Notes under the pieces: generated by a model
What the model saw: the letters and a program-made list of their open reading frames with translations, nothing else
Databases searched by the model: none
What the model was told of the DNA's origin: nothing
Assembly: GCA_949290085.1 (NCBI GenBank)
Contig: CASEQH010000052.1
Span: 9,746 to 73,745 of the forward strand
Length of the DNA: 64,000 nt
Direction of reading: 5' to 3'
Source of the DNA: an uncultured Bacillota bacterium
GTDB taxonomy: Bacteria; Bacillota_I; Bacilli_A; Erysipelotrichales; Erysipelotrichaceae
Shown here: one piece after another, positions 45,392 through 54,970 of the stretch
How the letters are laid out: each line of letters begins with the position of its first letter
Position numbering within the stretch: the stretch's first letter is position 1
Translations under genes and position numbers: made by a program

Positions 45392-46039
45392 TTAGTCATT
45401 TTGCATTAGTTTTACTCCAGATGAAGTACCAATGCGATCAGCTCCTAGCTCGATCATCTTAAGCATATCTTCGTGAGTTTTTACTCCTCCTGCCGCTTTG
45501 ACAAAGCACTTGTCTTGAACACAGCTCTTGAGCAATTCGACATCATGGAAAGTAGCTCCACTTAAAGAGAAACCTGTAGAAGTTTTCACAAAGTCAGCTT
45601 TGGCATCCATAATGCACTTACAAGCCATCTTCTTTTCTTCATCCGTTAATAGACAAGTCTCAATAATAACTTTTAAACAGTGCTTACCACAAGCTTCTTT
45701 TATTTCTCTTATCTCATTTGTGACATATTCATAGTCAGCGTCTTTAAGCTTGGCGATATTAATGACCATATCTACTTCATCAGCTCCTGATTCAATAGCG
45801 TCTTTTGCTTCAAATACTTTAGCTTTAGTTGTCATCTGCCCTAAAGGAAAGCCAATTACAGTACATACACCTACGTCACTATTAGCTAATAAATCCTTGG
45901 CATAAGCAATATAACTAGGATTGATACATACGGTTTTAAAATCGTATTGAATTGCTTCTTTACATAATTTTTCAATATCTTTCTTTGTTGCGTCAGCTTT
46001 TAAATTAGTGTGATCGATATACTTAGCTAATTTCATCAT
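45392..46039 (-). CDS. deoC: Deoxyribose-phosphate aldolase
   Basis: IDHTNLK and the Schiff-base lysine in FVKTSTGF. 215 aa. Confidence 0.9.
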   Translation of the reverse strand: MMKLAKYIDHTNLKADATKKDIEKLCKEAIQYDFKTVCINPSYIAYAKDLLANSDVGVCTVIGFPLGQMTTKAKVFEAKDAIESGADEVDMVINIAKLKDADYEYVTNEIREIKEACGKHCLKVIIETCLLTDEEKKMACKCIMDAKADFVKTSTGFSLSGATFHDVELLKSCVQDKCFVKAAGGVKTHEDMLKMIELGADRIGTSSGVKLMQND

Positions 46040-47480
46040 TTTCTTCCATCCTTTTCTTTATATATTTCTTAGTGATTTCCACATCACCTAAATAAACTTC
46101 TTTGCCTAGTGAGCGGTACATATATTTTTCACTGCCCTTGCCAAGACACAGTAACATATCTCCTTGATTCAATAATTCTAAGGCGAAATAAATGGCATCC
46201 TCTCTGCTTTCAATGACAATGGCTTGTTTATCAACAATACCATCTTCAATATCACTAGATATAGAAAATACCGACTTTTCATAGGCATCATCTTCCGTCA
46301 ATATAATTATATCAGCATACATATCTAGAAGTTTGCCAAAATTAGTCCTCTTTTCCTTACTACTATATGCGTTCATACCATATAAAACGACTATCTTATG
46401 TTTGATATCAACTACCGAACGCGCATATTTTAAGACATTGCTCATAGTTTCATAACTAGTACATGAATCGACAATGACATGATAATTTTGCCCCATATCA
46501 ATCTTATCCATGATTCCCTCAGGCGGAATTTGATTCTTACAAAGGGCAACAACCTCATTTACTGGATAGCCTCTAGTAACTAAAGCGGCAATAGCTGCCA
46601 AGATATTATAAACATTCTGCATGCCAATTAAATTAGTATTGACTTGATAGGTGCTTTGATAACATTTCAAGATAAAAGTCGTACCATCAGCCATGATATT
46701 GATATCTCTAGCATAAAAATTCGCATCTTCATTCTTAAGACTATAAGTGACTACATTATGTTTTAAAGCGTCTTTAACCTTAAGATATATTTCATCATCC
46801 ATATTGAAGATGACATCAACCGGTTCGACAAAGTGATTTAGATAGCGAATGTAGGTATTGGCAAATTCCTGGTCAAGTTTTTGATAGTCAGGTGTAAATA
46901 TCGAAGTATTAGTATATACAAAGGCATCAGGATATATGGCATCAAGTTTTTTAAGGTCTAATCCCAGAGCTGTAGCTTCAAAGACCGCAGCTTCAACACC
47001 ACTTTCCTTCATCATTAAAAGATGCCGTTGATTCTCTAAGATGGTTAAAGTAGGTTCGTTAGATAAGAGCTTAGTATTTAAGTAGTTAATACCATATGAA
47101 CCGATATAGCCACATGGACGATAGTTATCAATAATCTGTTTAATGATAAAAGCTACTGAGTTACGACCGTAGCTACCTGAGACGACAAAATTTTCCATCT
47201 TCTTGCCAGGATAATTATAAAACTTGGCAGCAATTTGATTTAGAGCATCCAAAACATTGTTTACTCTAATATAAATACAAGGAGCAGATGTATCAATAGC
47301 CTTTTCATAGACTATAACCTTAGCACCATTGTTGATAGCTTCTTTGACAAAGCTATGGCCATCATCCTTGATGCCCTTGACACAAAAGAAAATACAATCT
47401 TCCATCGGCATACGCGAATCACAAGAAAGTTGTTTAATCTCTATATCAGGAGCGTTTTTAAAAAATTGACTTAATAACAT
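46023..47480 (-). CDS. Mur ligase family protein, MurE-like but with degenerate catalytic motifs
   Basis: The N-terminal domain and NLIGxxNVYNILAAIA are MurE-like. However, the P-loop is SGSYGRNS (consensus TGTNGKTT), and the SSH, DHLD, VDYAHTP, GCGGDRD, DNPR and GKGHE motifs are all altered. Confidence 0.75.
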   Translation of the reverse strand: MLLSQFFKNAPDIEIKQLSCDSRMPMEDCIFFCVKGIKDDGHSFVKEAINNGAKVIVYEKAIDTSAPCIYIRVNNVLDALNQIAAKFYNYPGKKMENFVVSGSYGRNSVAFIIKQIIDNYRPCGYIGSYGINYLNTKLLSNEPTLTILENQRHLLMMKESGVEAAVFEATALGLDLKKLDAIYPDAFVYTNTSIFTPDYQKLDQEFANTYIRYLNHFVEPVDVIFNMDDEIYLKVKDALKHNVVTYSLKNEDANFYARDINIMADGTTFILKCYQSTYQVNTNLIGMQNVYNILAAIAALVTRGYPVNEVVALCKNQIPPEGIMDKIDMGQNYHVIVDSCTSYETMSNVLKYARSVVDIKHKIVVLYGMNAYSSKEKRTNFGKLLDMYADIIILTEDDAYEKSVFSISSDIEDGIVDKQAIVIESREDAIYFALELLNQGDMLLCLGKGSEKYMYRSLGKEVYLGDVEITKKYIKKRMEENDEIS

Positions 47481-48733
47481 ATTTCACCTATCATTATATC
47501 TTCTTTAGCTTCTTTAAGTAAGACGCTAATAATCTCTCCTACTTTGTATTCACCTTTAATTTGCGTATAGAGATATTCTTTGGTATAGCCATAAGAATAG
47601 CCATCTTCGACCTTTTCGACAAATACATGTGCAATAGTATTAACTTGTCTGTCTTTATAAGCCTGACTGTAATCTTTTTGTAAGGACATAACAGCCTTTT
47701 CACGGGTCTTTTTAAGTTCATTGCTTAGATGACCACTAAAACTATCAGCCTTGGTTCCCTTCTTTCTAGAATATGGGAAAATATGAATAAATGAAAAACC
47801 TATCTTTTTCAATGATTCAAGTGTCTCAGAGAAGTCTTCTTCACTTTCCATTGGAAAACCGACAATTAAATCAGTAGATATGCTGATATTGGGAATAGCT
47901 TGTCTAATCTCTTCCACTCGTTTAATATAATCTTCAACTGTATAAGGTCTATTCATGAGCTTAAGGATATGATTAGAACCAGCTTGTAAAGGAATGTGTA
48001 AGTGATGAGCCATCTTTTTTGAGTTTTTCATATAATCTAATAATTCATCACTGATCTCGCTTATTTCTATCGATGATAGACGGATAGTTTCTAAGCCTTC
48101 TATCTTATCTATTTCTTTTAATAAGTCGACTAAATGATGTTCACCATCAAAATAACGACCGGTATGAATGCCTGTCAAAACTATTTCTTTAGTAGTTTTA
48201 GCTAATTTTGTCGCTTGATTTACGACATCAATTAATTTAGCACTTCTTTGGCGACCTCTAGCGTATGGGATAATGCAATACGAGCAATACTGATTACAAC
48301 CATCCTGTATCTTTAAAAAAGCGCGACTCTTGCGATAGTAATTATCAACGCTTAGTTCTTCGAATTCAACATCATCAAGACTAGAAACATCATTTTTATG
48401 TACATGTGCATCAATATATTCCTTAATCTTATCTTTATGCTTAGAACCGATGACTAAATCGACATCATTAAATATCTCTTCGTCTTTTTTAACTTGAGCA
48501 TAACAGCCGACAGCCACAATATAGGCATCAGGATTATTGCGACGACATGCACGAATAAATTTGCGAGTCTTAGCCTCTGCAGTATTAGTGACACAACAAG
48601 TAAAAATGATATAGATATCAGCTACATCTTTAAAATTAACTTCACAATAATCTCTATCCATCAATTCTTTAACATAATTAGATTCAAAGTCATTGACTTT
48701 GCAACCTAAAACCATCATCGCATATGTTTTCAT
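47471..48733 (-). CDS. mtaB: tRNA methylthiotransferase, MiaB-like (MtaB)
   Basis: UPF0004 N-terminal domain, radical-SAM CNQYCSYC and a TRAM-like C-terminus. It lies downstream of rsmE as yqeV does in Bacillus. Confidence 0.85.
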   Translation of the reverse strand: MKTYAMMVLGCKVNDFESNYVKELMDRDYCEVNFKDVADIYIIFTCCVTNTAEAKTRKFIRACRRNNPDAYIVAVGCYAQVKKDEEIFNDVDLVIGSKHKDKIKEYIDAHVHKNDVSSLDDVEFEELSVDNYYRKSRAFLKIQDGCNQYCSYCIIPYARGRQRSAKLIDVVNQATKLAKTTKEIVLTGIHTGRYFDGEHHLVDLLKEIDKIEGLETIRLSSIEISEISDELLDYMKNSKKMAHHLHIPLQAGSNHILKLMNRPYTVEDYIKRVEEIRQAIPNISISTDLIVGFPMESEEDFSETLESLKKIGFSFIHIFPYSRKKGTKADSFSGHLSNELKKTREKAVMSLQKDYSQAYKDRQVNTIAHVFVEKVEDGYSYGYTKEYLYTQIKGEYKVGEIISVLLKEAKEDIMIGEICY

Positions 48734-49425
48734 TTCTCTCTTGCTCCTGAAATATTACTCATAACATATAAGGCTGCCGTCTCAGCTCGCAATATCCTCT
48801 TGCCCAGACTGACACATTCAAACCCCGTTTTTTCAAATTCATCTATCTCCTGCAACTCAAAGCCACCCTCAGGGCCAATAATGACAGTAACTGAATCATC
48901 TATATCTCGATAAGGGATATAATTAGCAAAATTCTTCTCATAGGCGACAAAATTATATTTAGACTTATATTTGCCTAAGGATTTAATATCAATAATATCA
49001 TCGATGATAGGTGTATAAGAGCGCAACGATTGCTCGCTTGCCTCCTTAACTATCTTTCGATATCTATCTAATTTAGCTTTTTTATCTTTTATCTTGATGA
49101 TACTTCGACTAGCTTCATATGGTACAATTCTTGTCACTCCTAGTTCTGTCAATTTCTGCAGGCAAAAATCGAACTTATCATTTTTAATCAAAGACAAGAT
49201 TATGGTAACATCGATATCTAATTCTCTATCCTCTTCAATTCTTTCTTTAATTATGGCCTTGTCATCACTTAATTCAGCTAAGAATAAGTTATTATGCGCA
49301 TCAACTAGCCTAAAAGTATAAGCGTTTTTCTTACGAAGAACCTGTCTTAGATGAAATAAGATTTCGCTATCTAGTAAAACAGTATCCCCTGTATTAATTT
49401 CTTTATCTATAAAATATTGCTGCAT
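48730..49425 (-). CDS. rsmE: 16S rRNA (uracil1498-N3)-methyltransferase RsmE
   Basis: The start is at ATG 49425 (MQQYFID..., the canonical RsmE N-terminus). C-terminal GPEGGF...LGKRILRAETA. Confidence 0.9.
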   Translation of the reverse strand: MQQYFIDKEINTGDTVLLDSEILFHLRQVLRKKNAYTFRLVDAHNNLFLAELSDDKAIIKERIEEDRELDIDVTIILSLIKNDKFDFCLQKLTELGVTRIVPYEASRSIIKIKDKKAKLDRYRKIVKEASEQSLRSYTPIIDDIIDIKSLGKYKSKYNFVAYEKNFANYIPYRDIDDSVTVIIGPEGGFELQEIDEFEKTGFECVSLGKRILRAETAALYVMSNISGAREK

Positions 49426-49431
49426 GTAAAT

Positions 49432-49437
49432 ATTATA
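49432..49437 (-). promoter_or_regulatory. TATAAT box exactly 6 nt upstream of the rsmE ATG (candidate leaderless promoter)
   Basis: The minus strand reads TTGTATAATATTTAC-ATG. There is no SD. Confidence 0.45.
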
Positions 49438-49493
49438 CAATAATTGCTTCTAACATTATTATCAAAGCATAGAAAAAGAAGATATCACTAAAC

Positions 49494-50038
49494 TGAACCC
49501 TGTTATTTAGACAATTTAAGCTCTAAGAACCAATTAAGGCTTGATTACTATATTCCATATCTGTTAAGCAATTATTCCACTTCATTCACTGATCGTTGAA
49601 CTTTCTTATGATTAATGTCGTAATTTTGGATGATTCTTTATCACATGCAAAATAAATCTAAGGCTTAGCTTTAATTCTTACCTTAGTTCACTAATTACTT
49701 TTACGATTTCTTCTTTTGAGACATTTCTTTTTGTATAACTTAATAATTAATCCAGGAAATTAATGTTTCTTTCTTGATAAAGCTCTTTTTATAGTTGCTT
49801 CCTTAAATTCTAAAAAATAATTTTTTTCTTACCATGCTTAACTATTTCTATTCCATGTTTATCGATCAAGTTAAAAATATATGCGGCATGTGACTTAGTG
49901 ATATTGAACTTTTTCGCTATTATTGGCAATATCCATCCTTCCTGTTTCCATAATCTGTAAATCTCTAATTTGTCTTCATATGTTAGTTTCATAATAAAAA
50001 CCCTCCTTACTGGTTTGTTGTCCAGTTTGGAGGGTACA
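49494..50038 (-). mobile_element. Internally deleted, decayed IS3-family element (545 bp) retaining both terminal inverted repeats
   Basis: The ends are TGAACCCTGTTATTTAGACAA (plus strand from 49494) and TGTACCCTCCAAACTGGACAA (minus strand from 50038), which match at 14 of the first 21 positions. Inside are an OrfA HTH fragment and out-of-frame relics EFKEATIKRALS and INHKKVQRSVNE. Confidence 0.7.
49810..49992 (-). pseudogene. Truncated IS3-family transposase OrfA (HTH fragment only)
   Basis: 60 aa, MKLTYEDKLEIYRLWKQEGWILPIIAKKFNITKSHAAYIFNLI.... The downstream transposase frames are broken by multiple stops. Confidence 0.7.
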
Positions 50039-50058
50039 TATCAATTTTGAGGTTAAGT

Positions 50059-51321
50059 TCATTCATCTTCTTTAACATCGTCATGAAATTCAATTTTAAT
50101 CTCATTAACTTTTTTATTATCAGCATCAGTTACAGTAACATGCATATTCTTGAAATCAAAGCTCTCGCCGATTAATGGTATCTTATCCATATTGTGAATA
50201 ACCCATCCAGAAGCAGTATTAAAGTTATATTCTTCCTTCATATGGATATCAAAATGTTTAAAGAGGTCATCGATGTCAGTATCACCTTTGACCAAATATG
50301 TATGGTCGTCGAGTTTTTTATAATATTCAACAACTTCATCATGTTCATCATAGATTTCACCAACTAATTCTTCTAAGATATCTTCCATCGTAATGATACC
50401 TGCTGTTCCGCCATATTCATCAATGACAATGGCCATATGTGACTTAGTACTTTGCAATTGACGCAACAAGGCACTGATTTTCACATGAGGACTGGTGTAG
50501 ATAACAGGTTTAATCATCTGACGCAAAGTTGTTGCTGTGTCGGTGTAATAGAGAAAATAGAAGTCTTTTTCATGGATGACACCAATGATATTATCTATGC
50601 TTCCCTCATAGACAGGCAGACGAGAATAACCATGGTCCCGATAGAGATTTTTTATCTCATCCATCGTATAATCATCTACATCTACAGCGACGACATCGAC
50701 ACGCGGCGTTAGAATATCTCGTACATCCAAGTCATTAAATTCAATCGCATTAGTAATTAAGTCGGCTTCATGTTCATCCATATCGCCATCTTCTTGTGCA
50801 TCTTCAACCATAGTGAGGAACTCTTCAGAAATCATTGAATTATCTTCCTCTTTATTCTTGAATACCAAAGACGCTAGACGTTTGATACGGTCAAAGAAGA
50901 AATTGACTGGTTTAAGTATGGTATTTAATACAGAAACAATTGAACAAACGGCCATAGCATAAGATTCTGGCATCTCTTTAGCGATTGACTTTGGTGTTAT
51001 CTCACCGAATATCAGAATAATAATAGTCATAACTAAGGTCGATAGTGAAACGCCATTCTCACCAAGTATATTAATAAATAATACTGTTGATAAAGAAGAG
51101 GCAGTTATATTAACGATGTTGTTGCCAATTAGAATGGTGCTTAATAATGAAGTAAAATCATCGGCTAATTTTAATGTCTTTTGAGCTTTCTTATTGCCAT
51201 TATTAGCTAGATATTTCAATCTAACCTTATTTAGACTTGAAAAAGCTGTTTCAGTTGCAGAAAAAAAGGCTGATAAAAGAACTAGTACTACCAGCAGAAT
51301 TATTATAACATTATTATTCAT
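50059..51321 (-). CDS. CNNM/CorC (TlyC-type 'hemolysin') family protein: DUF21 TM domain, CBS pair and CorC_HlyC
   Basis: 420 aa. N-terminal 4-TM DUF21 (FFSATETAFSS), a CBS pair and a C-terminal transporter-associated domain. Confidence 0.9.
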   Translation of the reverse strand: MNNNVIIILLVVLVLLSAFFSATETAFSSLNKVRLKYLANNGNKKAQKTLKLADDFTSLLSTILIGNNIVNITASSLSTVLFINILGENGVSLSTLVMTIIILIFGEITPKSIAKEMPESYAMAVCSIVSVLNTILKPVNFFFDRIKRLASLVFKNKEEDNSMISEEFLTMVEDAQEDGDMDEHEADLITNAIEFNDLDVRDILTPRVDVVAVDVDDYTMDEIKNLYRDHGYSRLPVYEGSIDNIIGVIHEKDFYFLYYTDTATTLRQMIKPVIYTSPHVKISALLRQLQSTKSHMAIVIDEYGGTAGIITMEDILEELVGEIYDEHDEVVEYYKKLDDHTYLVKGDTDIDDLFKHFDIHMKEEYNFNTASGWVIHNMDKIPLIGESFDFKNMHVTVTDADNKKVNEIKIEFHDDVKEDE

Positions 51322-51424
51322 AAATAATCTCCTTTAATAAGAAGATTCGGATTTTAGAAAAACTGTGACTGGGTATAGGAACTTCTCCCACTTTACAAAA
51401 CACTTCCTTTCAATTTATAAGAAA

Positions 51425-51453
51425 AATTATACCAAAAACTATTTACTAGTGCA
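51425..51453 (-). promoter_or_regulatory. Promoter of the CNNM gene (TTGCAC-17 nt-TATAAT, with TGg upstream of the -10)
   Basis: On the minus strand, TTGCAC at 51453-51448, a 17-nt spacer, then TATAAT at 51430-51425. A leader of about 100 nt and SD AAAGGAG follow. Confidence 0.55.
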
Positions 51454-51486
51454 ATATTAGCTCTTTAAGTAATATATGTATGAACA

Positions 51487-51521
51487 AATATATAGGTAAA
51501 CTCAGAAGATTTGCCTATATA
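51487..51521 (-). terminator. Putative terminator after the PHP phosphatase gene
   Basis: Imperfect hairpin TATAGGCAAA...TTTACCTATA on the minus strand, followed by a T-rich tract. Confidence 0.45.
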
Positions 51522-51532
51522 AAATATTAAGT

Positions 51533-52249
51533 TTAAAAATATTGATTAAACAGACTCTCGTTGAAATTTAAGACTAAATCATATGGGAATTTAGCTTCGT
51601 CTATTACTTTGAGAGCATCAAGATAATTGCCGACATCATATTTGATATGGGCATCAGAATTAATGATGATAGGGCAGCTATATTTTATGCAATATGATAG
51701 TATTTCTAAATCTCTATCAATTATGCGTCTATTGTCTTTAATATCAATAGAAGAATTGTTTAATTCTACAATGGTATTACTCTTAGCACATGCCTTGACT
51801 ACTTCCTCATAGTTGCAAGGAAAACCATCTCTATCGATATGACCTAAAATCTTGACATAATCATTCTGCACTGCATTGATATAGGCAGTAGTATTTTCTA
51901 AAGAGCTATGGCTTGTATCATATACATAGCGATGCATAGAGGCTATAGAATAATCTAATTTGGCGATATTCATCTTATCTAGATTGATATAGCCATTTTC
52001 TAGAATATTAAGCTCAACTCCCTTTAAAATACGCAAATCACCAACATGCGAAGGTATAACGCTAAGATTAGAAATGCCAAAATAATGAGCACCCACACCT
52101 AGTTCATCATATTGATGTTCCAAGACTCCGAGGACCTTCATATTTTTCTTAATCGCCTCATCGATATTCTCAGTGATACTGGAATAAGCATGTTTAGATA
52201 AAACGCTGTGAGTGTGTAAATCAACTGTATTAATCATCTTAAACCTCAA
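51533..52249 (-). CDS. PHP-domain metal-dependent phosphatase (YcdX-like)
   Basis: VDLHTHS at the N-terminus, with further His/Asp ligands (LEHQ, GHID, NSDAH). Confidence 0.8.
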   Translation of the reverse strand: MRFKMINTVDLHTHSVLSKHAYSSITENIDEAIKKNMKVLGVLEHQYDELGVGAHYFGISNLSVIPSHVGDLRILKGVELNILENGYINLDKMNIAKLDYSIASMHRYVYDTSHSSLENTTAYINAVQNDYVKILGHIDRDGFPCNYEEVVKACAKSNTIVELNNSSIDIKDNRRIIDRDLEILSYCIKYSCPIIINSDAHIKYDVGNYLDALKVIDEAKFPYDLVLNFNESLFNQYF

Positions 52250-52272
52250 AAAGAAGCACTATATTGTGCTTC

Positions 52273-53361
52273 CTATCTGCTCTTAAAGAATGTTGGAATA
52301 TCAGTATCTTCTTGGTCATTAGAAATGACTGATTCCTCAAATTTTCTGTCATTAGTATAGATAGTATTATCACTAGCCTTAGTAGACAAGTTTGGTTGAG
52401 AATATTTAGTACGTGGTAAGTCAAAGCCTGTCGCAATTACGGTGACAATAATATTTTCGCCAATAGCTTCATTAATAGCGACACCATAAATTATATCAAT
52501 ATCATTACCAGCTGCTTCACGAATGTAATCGACAGCTACCGATGAATCATAGATTGAGATATTAGGACCACCAGTTACATTGATGATAGCTGACTTAGCA
52601 CCAGAGATTTGAGCTTCTAGTAAAGGTGATTGAATAGCCTTAGAAGCAGCTTCCTTGGCCTTGTTTTCACCTTGAGCCATACCGATACCGATTAGGGCAG
52701 TTCCCTTGCCTTCCATGACGGCTCTAATATCCGCAAAGTCTAAGTTTATAAAAGCAGGCACAGCGATTAAGTCAGTAATAGTTTGTACGCCCTGTCTTAA
52801 AACATTATCGGCTTCTTTAAATGAATCTTGCATAGGAATCTTACCAATGACTGACAATAATTGATTGTTGGAGACAATAATTAATGAATCGACATGTTCC
52901 TTTAATTGTTCAAGGCCAATATTAGCTTGTTCAATTCTTTTGCGACCTTCAAAGTCAAATGGTTTAGTTACAATACCAACAGTCAAGGCACCAATCTCTT
53001 TAGCGATTTTAGCGAAGATAGGAGCGGCACCAGTACCAGTCCCTCCGCCCATACCAGCGGTGATGAAGACCATGTCAGCACCATTTAGAGCCTTGCGAAT
53101 TTCTTCTTCTGACTCAGTAGCAGCTTTCTTACCTATTTCAGGATTACCACCTGCTCCTAAACCCTTAGTCATCTCTTTGCCAAGAATGATCTTATTCTTA
53201 CAATTAGACATGTTGAGAGACTGGATATCTGTGTTACATACATAGAATTCAACACCTTTAACGCCATCGTTAACCATTCTATTAACTGCGTTACATCCGG
53301 CTCCACCTATTCCAAATACCTTAATTCTAGCGACCTGATTGTATTCTAATTTATTTGTCAT
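52273..53361 (-). CDS. ftsZ: Cell division protein FtsZ
   Basis: [10 protein letters not shown], the tubulin signature GGGTGTG and the C-terminal peptide DIPTFFK. Confidence 0.97.
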   Translation of the reverse strand: MTNKLEYNQVARIKVFGIGGAGCNAVNRMVNDGVKGVEFYVCNTDIQSLNMSNCKNKIILGKEMTKGLGAGGNPEIGKKAATESEEEIRKALNGADMVFITAGMGGGTGTGAAPIFAKIAKEIGALTVGIVTKPFDFEGRKRIEQANIGLEQLKEHVDSLIIVSNNQLLSVIGKIPMQDSFKEADNVLRQGVQTITDLIAVPAFINLDFADIRAVMEGKGTALIGIGMAQGENKAKEAASKAIQSPLLEAQISGAKSAIINVTGGPNISIYDSSVAVDYIREAAGNDIDIIYGVAINEAIGENIIVTVIATGFDLPRTKYSQPNLSTKASDNTIYTNDRKFEESVISNDQEDTDIPTFFKSR

Positions 53362-53364
53362 AAT

Positions 53365-54612
53365 TTATCTCCCTTTTTTATCCATTTCAAATAAGTTCTT
53401 TATTTTACCAGTCAATGATTCTCCTTCAACATCATTGCTTCGACGGTCAACAATATTCTCAAACTCCAATAAATTGATACTGCTTATCTTTAAATCTTTG
53501 ATATTTACCATATCTTTATAGACGAAGAATGATCCATATAGAGCAGTTAAGCTGCTATCTCTGACACCGATAGTATCTGGGAAGTAAGCTTTAACACTGG
53601 TTTTACATTCTTTTGATAACAGATAGATAAATGATTCCATGCTGGCTAATTCACCAGTCACCACAATAGCGGTATTATGCGACTCTAAGATAGGTTTTAA
53701 ACTAGTCACTAACTTATCGATATACTTTTTTAGTGGCAAGTAGACATCATTACTCAAAGTCTGCTCATTAATTGATATATTATTACCATCATCGGCTACC
53801 CATGCATATATCGCATCATCGATATATTCCTTATCATATGAAGTATTATATTTAATAAGCCTAGATAAAGTGGCATAGGCTATATGATATTTCTCTTGAA
53901 CAGGTAAAACAATAGAGTCAAAGCCATCAAATAATATTTCTGCATTGACGAGTTTTCCCTTTTGCAATAAGGCTAACTCGGTGCTATCATGATTGACATT
54001 GACTAGGACGATATTTTGATTCAATGTCTGCTCAAATAAGGCTGCTTCTTTACATATCGCATAGATATTCATACAGATATCCATAATTTGTATACCGATA
54101 TCTTCTAGAAGAGATACATAATCGAAAGTTAGTATCTTATCAGCACACAATAAATCAATATCGACAATCAATTCATCACTGATCTCTTTTTCTGGTAAAC
54201 GTCTAGATGAAATACCATTGACTGTATATTTAACACAGACCGCATTAATGATGGTCAAATCATTATCAATCTTGGTATGCATAGCATTTTGTATCGCTCG
54301 AGCTGCATCCGCTTTACTAACATAGCCATTATTAGTTTTGACATTGACCTTTAATGGATAACGTTTAAAATTATACGGAGGAATCAAAAGAATAACTTTC
54401 TCAATCTTGGCACCAAGCATCTTGCTGGCATCATTTATCGCCTTGCTTACCGATTCTTTTACTTTCTCATGATTGACAATGCGATAGTCTTCAATTCCTT
54501 CGCAAACAGCTGTCTCTAATTTAATAATATTAAAACGAGTGTTGAAGTATTCACCAACTAAAATTCTAATTTCTTGACTGTTAATTTCTAAAGCTGCATA
54601 TATCTGTTTCAT
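53365..54612 (-). CDS. ftsA: Cell division protein FtsA
   Basis: Actin-like ATPase immediately upstream of ftsZ. The start is at ATG 54612 (MKQIYAALEI...), so the 29-codon upstream extension in the ORF track is rejected. Confidence 0.9.
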   Translation of the reverse strand: MKQIYAALEINSQEIRILVGEYFNTRFNIIKLETAVCEGIEDYRIVNHEKVKESVSKAINDASKMLGAKIEKVILLIPPYNFKRYPLKVNVKTNNGYVSKADAARAIQNAMHTKIDNDLTIINAVCVKYTVNGISSRRLPEKEISDELIVDIDLLCADKILTFDYVSLLEDIGIQIMDICMNIYAICKEAALFEQTLNQNIVLVNVNHDSTELALLQKGKLVNAEILFDGFDSIVLPVQEKYHIAYATLSRLIKYNTSYDKEYIDDAIYAWVADDGNNISINEQTLSNDVYLPLKKYIDKLVTSLKPILESHNTAIVVTGELASMESFIYLLSKECKTSVKAYFPDTIGVRDSSLTALYGSFFVYKDMVNIKDLKISSINLLEFENIVDRRSNDVEGESLTGKIKNLFEMDKKGR

Positions 54613-54746
54613 AATTATAACCTTTATAATTTTATCATAGTTGTAGCTAATTAACCATATGAATATTTTACCATATCCTCTTGCATTTTGCCCTAACATA
54701 TGTTAAATTTATATAGCTATAAAAATTAAGAAAGGGGGCATGACGT

Positions 54747-54941
54747 ATGTCTAAAGTATGCGAGATTACAGGTAAAAGACCTCTATCAGGTAATAACCGT
54801 TCACATTCACTTCGTGCTACACGTCGTAAATGGAATGTAAACCTACAAAACGTTACTCTTATGGTTGACGGAAAACCAAAGAAGGTTCGCGTTTCAGCCC
54901 GCGCATTAAAAACATTAAAGGCTAAAAGTAGATTGGCATAA
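54747..54941 (+). CDS. rpmB: 50S ribosomal protein L28
   Basis: [34 protein letters not shown].... SD AAGGGGG. Confidence 0.95.
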   Translation: MSKVCEITGKRPLSGNNRSHSLRATRRKWNVNLQNVTLMVDGKPKKVRVSARALKTLKAKSRLA

Positions 54942-54944
54942 AAA

Positions 54945-54968
54945 AGGACTTTTGAAAAAGTCTTTTTT
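54945..54968. terminator. Bidirectional terminator between rpmB and rpe
   Basis: Hairpin GGACTT-TTGAAA-AAGTCT followed by TTTTTT, with an A-run on the other side. Confidence 0.7.
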
Positions 54969-54970
54969 AT

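Noticed and set aside
49810-49992. The 60-aa HTH ORF as a free-standing transcriptional regulator.
   Set aside because: It is the N-terminal fragment of an IS3-family OrfA, located directly behind the IS left inverted repeat, and is followed by stop-riddled transposase relics.
51322-51424. Riboswitch (M-box or other metal sensor) in the leader of about 100 nt of the CNNM/CorC gene.
   Set aside because: The leader has only weak, interrupted stems (GUGGG...CCCAGUCAC followed by UUUUU). It shows none of the conserved M-box, yybP-ykoY or other motif cores I can recognise. It is also too short for an M-box. It is worth a covariance-model scan but is not reportable as a feature.
52239-52436. A 65-aa ORF overlapping the ftsZ 3' end and the PHP gene start.
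   Set aside because: It is out of frame with ftsZ over most of its length, has no RBS and is compositionally odd. The 23-nt gap between ftsZ and the PHP gene is fully explained without it.
52865-53245. A 126-aa ORF antisense to ftsZ. Similar shadow ORFs in the track include 781-1005, 2104-2394, 2954-3391, 6071-6379, 6722-7015, 7397-7768, 8804-9076, 23266-23604, 36600-36854, 50452-50712 and 52906-53088.
   Set aside because: They lie wholly inside strongly supported genes on the opposite strand. They have low-complexity or compositionally odd translations and no RBS. They are typical antisense artefacts.
54613-54699. N-terminal extensions proposed by the ORF track for ftsA (to 54699), rpsU (to 45338), gltX (GTG 25154) and rsmE (TTG 49440).
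   Set aside because: In each case the conserved protein N-terminus begins at a downstream ATG: [32 protein letters not shown] and MQQYFID. The extension has no family similarity. For rsmE, the extension is actually the -10 box.
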